Part shown: positions 59,401 to 60,621 of the stretch, in pieces
Position numbering within the stretch: position 1 is the first letter of the stretch
Layout: the number at the start of each line of letters is the position of its first letter
Origin: Amoebophrya sp. A120
Lineage: Eukaryota > Protista > Dinoflagellata
Assembly: GCA_905178155.1 (NCBI GenBank)
Contig: CAJINV010000026.1
Span: 1-60,621 of the forward strand
Reading direction: 5' to 3'
DNA length: 60,621 nt
The notes under the pieces: generated by a model
The model's input: the letters and a program-made list of their open reading frames with translations, nothing else
What the model was told of the DNA's origin: nothing
Database searches by the model: none
Translations under genes and position numbers: made by a program

Positions 59401-60388
59401 GACGCGGTTTGTGACCACAAATCACCATCGCAAATTTCCAAAAATATACCTTTTCAATATGGGGAGGGAGGATTTTCGCTTGTGATAAAAGTATGGTTCG
59501 GTTTTCGGGTACGTCCGTGATAAGTTTCAAAAAGGCTTGCTGCCAGTAGCAATGCGTCGCACGGTATGCATTGCAAATATGTCTGGGTCTGGAGCGCTGC
59601 AACTTGTCATGCTAATTCTGGATAGTGCAAAAATCTGTGTTGCGTGATTACCAAAAGCTGTCCACGTTTGACCAAGTTGAAAGGCTGTTTGTCATGCAGG
59701 CGAGGCATGATAGAGGTCGCGCAGAATCTGTCATGCCAGAGCACGTATGACAGACTTCATGCGTCATGGAAAAACTGCATTGCATAGCGTTGCATCCTTC
59801 CAGACCCGACATATTTGCAGTTGATACACGGTAGAAATGCCGGGCTTCTCTCGTCTGGAGGTAGTACGCGAGCACGCTGTTGGACCGCACTTGATTATAC
59901 TGTCCGGCGGGAATCGCGCCCGAGGGTGGATATGGGGTGCTCAGACGTTACATTCTCAACTGTTGCATGAATTTGTCATGCAAAAGCACCATCATCATCC
60001 TCACGATCAAGCTGCTCCGCATGACAAATTTTCGAAGGGCTAAGCCGCGCCTAAATCTGCGCCAAACTTATAATATATATAATGCAAAAGGCGCAATCTT
60101 CCTCCTTTCACTTTTGCGTTACTAATTCATGTAACAGTTGAGAATGTAACATTTGAGAACTCCATAGTGGAAAGCCTCTATTTTTGCTTTCCTTATTGTT
60201 CCCCGCAGCTCCTCCACTTGTGTTACCTCCGTGATGGTGATGCTGATTATTTTGATTGTTTTCACCAACTCCCGGTGGGGAGCTCCCGACCAAGCCCGTG
60301 CCCTGCAGGCTGCTGTAGGTGATTTTCCCGAGGCAAAGCTGCTCCATGCTTTTCAGCTCCTCGGCACTGATGCCTTGGTAATCCCTTA
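53431..60388 (-). CDS. ATR: ATR-like PIKK serine/threonine kinase, 3' part (kinase and FATC); continues beyond the window
   Basis: SKVKPKKVTIKGSDG, DLKKDKRVME, GLLEWV, YILGLGDRHGENIL, HVDFDCLF, PEVVPFRLT, GVEG and FATC QQMYVGWASWL* all in frame after removing 11 complete introners and one 2.08-kb GT-AG intron. Confidence 0.92.
53485..53791. mobile_element. TIR introner, family I
   Basis: Perfect DR TCGCG; splits the FATC domain (QAAR|DLRN). Confidence 0.93.
54100..54945. repeat. Degenerate ~21-bp-based tandem array (GGCGAGAAGTCGAAAGCCCTT)
   Basis: GGCGAGAAG recurs every ~21-24 bp with higher-order variants. Confidence 0.9.
55343..55418. other. GC-rich hairpin (~36-bp arms, 4-nt loop)
   Basis: GGCGCTTTTCGGCGCGCCGC...GCGGCGCGCCGAAAAGCGCC. 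Confidence 0.8.
56086..56347. mobile_element. TIR introner, family A (young subfamily)
   Basis: Perfect DR GTTCA; near-identical to 60394-end. Confidence 0.95.
56400..56647. mobile_element. TIR introner, family E
   Basis: Family E TIRs; perfect DR CCTTG. Confidence 0.9.
57092..57359. mobile_element. TIR introner, family A
   Basis: Family A TIRs; perfect DR CATGT. Confidence 0.92.
57444..57706. mobile_element. TIR introner, family A
   Basis: Family A TIRs; DR TGTTT/TGTTC. Confidence 0.9.
57785..58040. mobile_element. TIR introner, family A
   Basis: Family A TIRs; perfect DR GGGTG. Confidence 0.92.
58072..58352. mobile_element. TIR introner, family B
   Basis: Perfect DR TCGAG; reverse-orientation relative of 3236-3512. 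Confidence 0.93.
58749..59020. mobile_element. TIR introner, family A
   Basis: Family A TIRs; DR GCACG/GCACC. Confidence 0.9.
59167..59487. mobile_element. TIR introner, family F
   Basis: CATCAAAAGGAAAAAACTCCCTCCCCATAT...ATATGGGGAGGGAGGATTTTCGCTTGTGATA; DR ACAGG/AAAGT. Confidence 0.88.
59565..59826. mobile_element. TIR introner, family A
   Basis: Family A TIRs; perfect DR CACGG. Confidence 0.93.
59931..60166. mobile_element. TIR introner, family H
   Basis: TATGGGGTGCTCAGACGTTACATTCTCAACTGTT...AACAGTTGAGAATGTAACATTTGAGAACTCCATA; perfect DR GTGGA. Confidence 0.93.
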
Positions 60389-60393
60389 GGAAC

Positions 60394-60621
60394 TATCAAA
60401 TGCAAAAATGTCTGGGTCTGGAAGAATCCAACTTGTCATGCTGTTTTGGATTCTAAAAAAATCTGTATTGCATGAGCAGCAAAGAGAGTCCAAGTTTTGC
60501 TATACGGAAAGAGCATTTGTCATGGGGTATAGGCATCAGGAAGCCCTCACAAAATCTGTGATGCTAGGGCATGCATCACAGACATCAGGAGTCATGCAAA
60601 ATGTGCATGACAAACCTGGCA
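60394..60621. mobile_element. TIR introner, family A (young subfamily), truncated by window end
   Basis: Left TIR and body near-identical to 56086-56347. Confidence 0.9.

Noticed and set aside
36801-60388. GT14 and ATR as MITE-killed pseudogenes
   Set aside because: Reconstructed exons have intact motifs and no stops despite old, diverged insertions.
16476-60388. Genome-wide reassignment of stop codons
   Set aside because: Long exons lack internal stops, and conserved genes end at TAA or TGA exactly where homologues end.
1953-60621. Many short ORFs sharing peptides such as PDPDIFA, MSGSG, QTQTYL and KCLGLE as a protein family
   Set aside because: These are translations of family A TIRs in different frames.

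Overview
Eukaryotic nuclear DNA, most likely from an Amoebophrya-like syndinian dinoflagellate (inferred from gene architecture, not from a search). The dominant feature is a dense population of about 60 short (110-380 bp) non-autonomous elements with terminal inverted repeats (TIRs), in about 10 TIR families. Their consensus termini are TAT...ATA, they are flanked by 5-bp direct repeats (DR), and they are inserted in coding exons. Removing each element plus exactly 5 nt on its sense-strand 3' side restores continuous reading frames. They therefore behave as non-canonical introns (introners), mostly without GT-AG and in either orientation. Reconstructed genes, all on the minus strand: an ATR-like PIKK kinase (3' part with kinase and FATC domains), thioredoxin, a GT14 core-2/I-branching GlcNAc-transferase, two more putative glycosyltransferases, several coiled-coil or membrane hypothetical proteins, and an intron-free paralog pair. 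The 44.6-55 kb region also holds 15-, 11-, ~21-, ~310- and ~970-bp tandem repeats. No transposase is visible. Coordinates were read by hand and may be off by a few bases. Family letters are my own labels.
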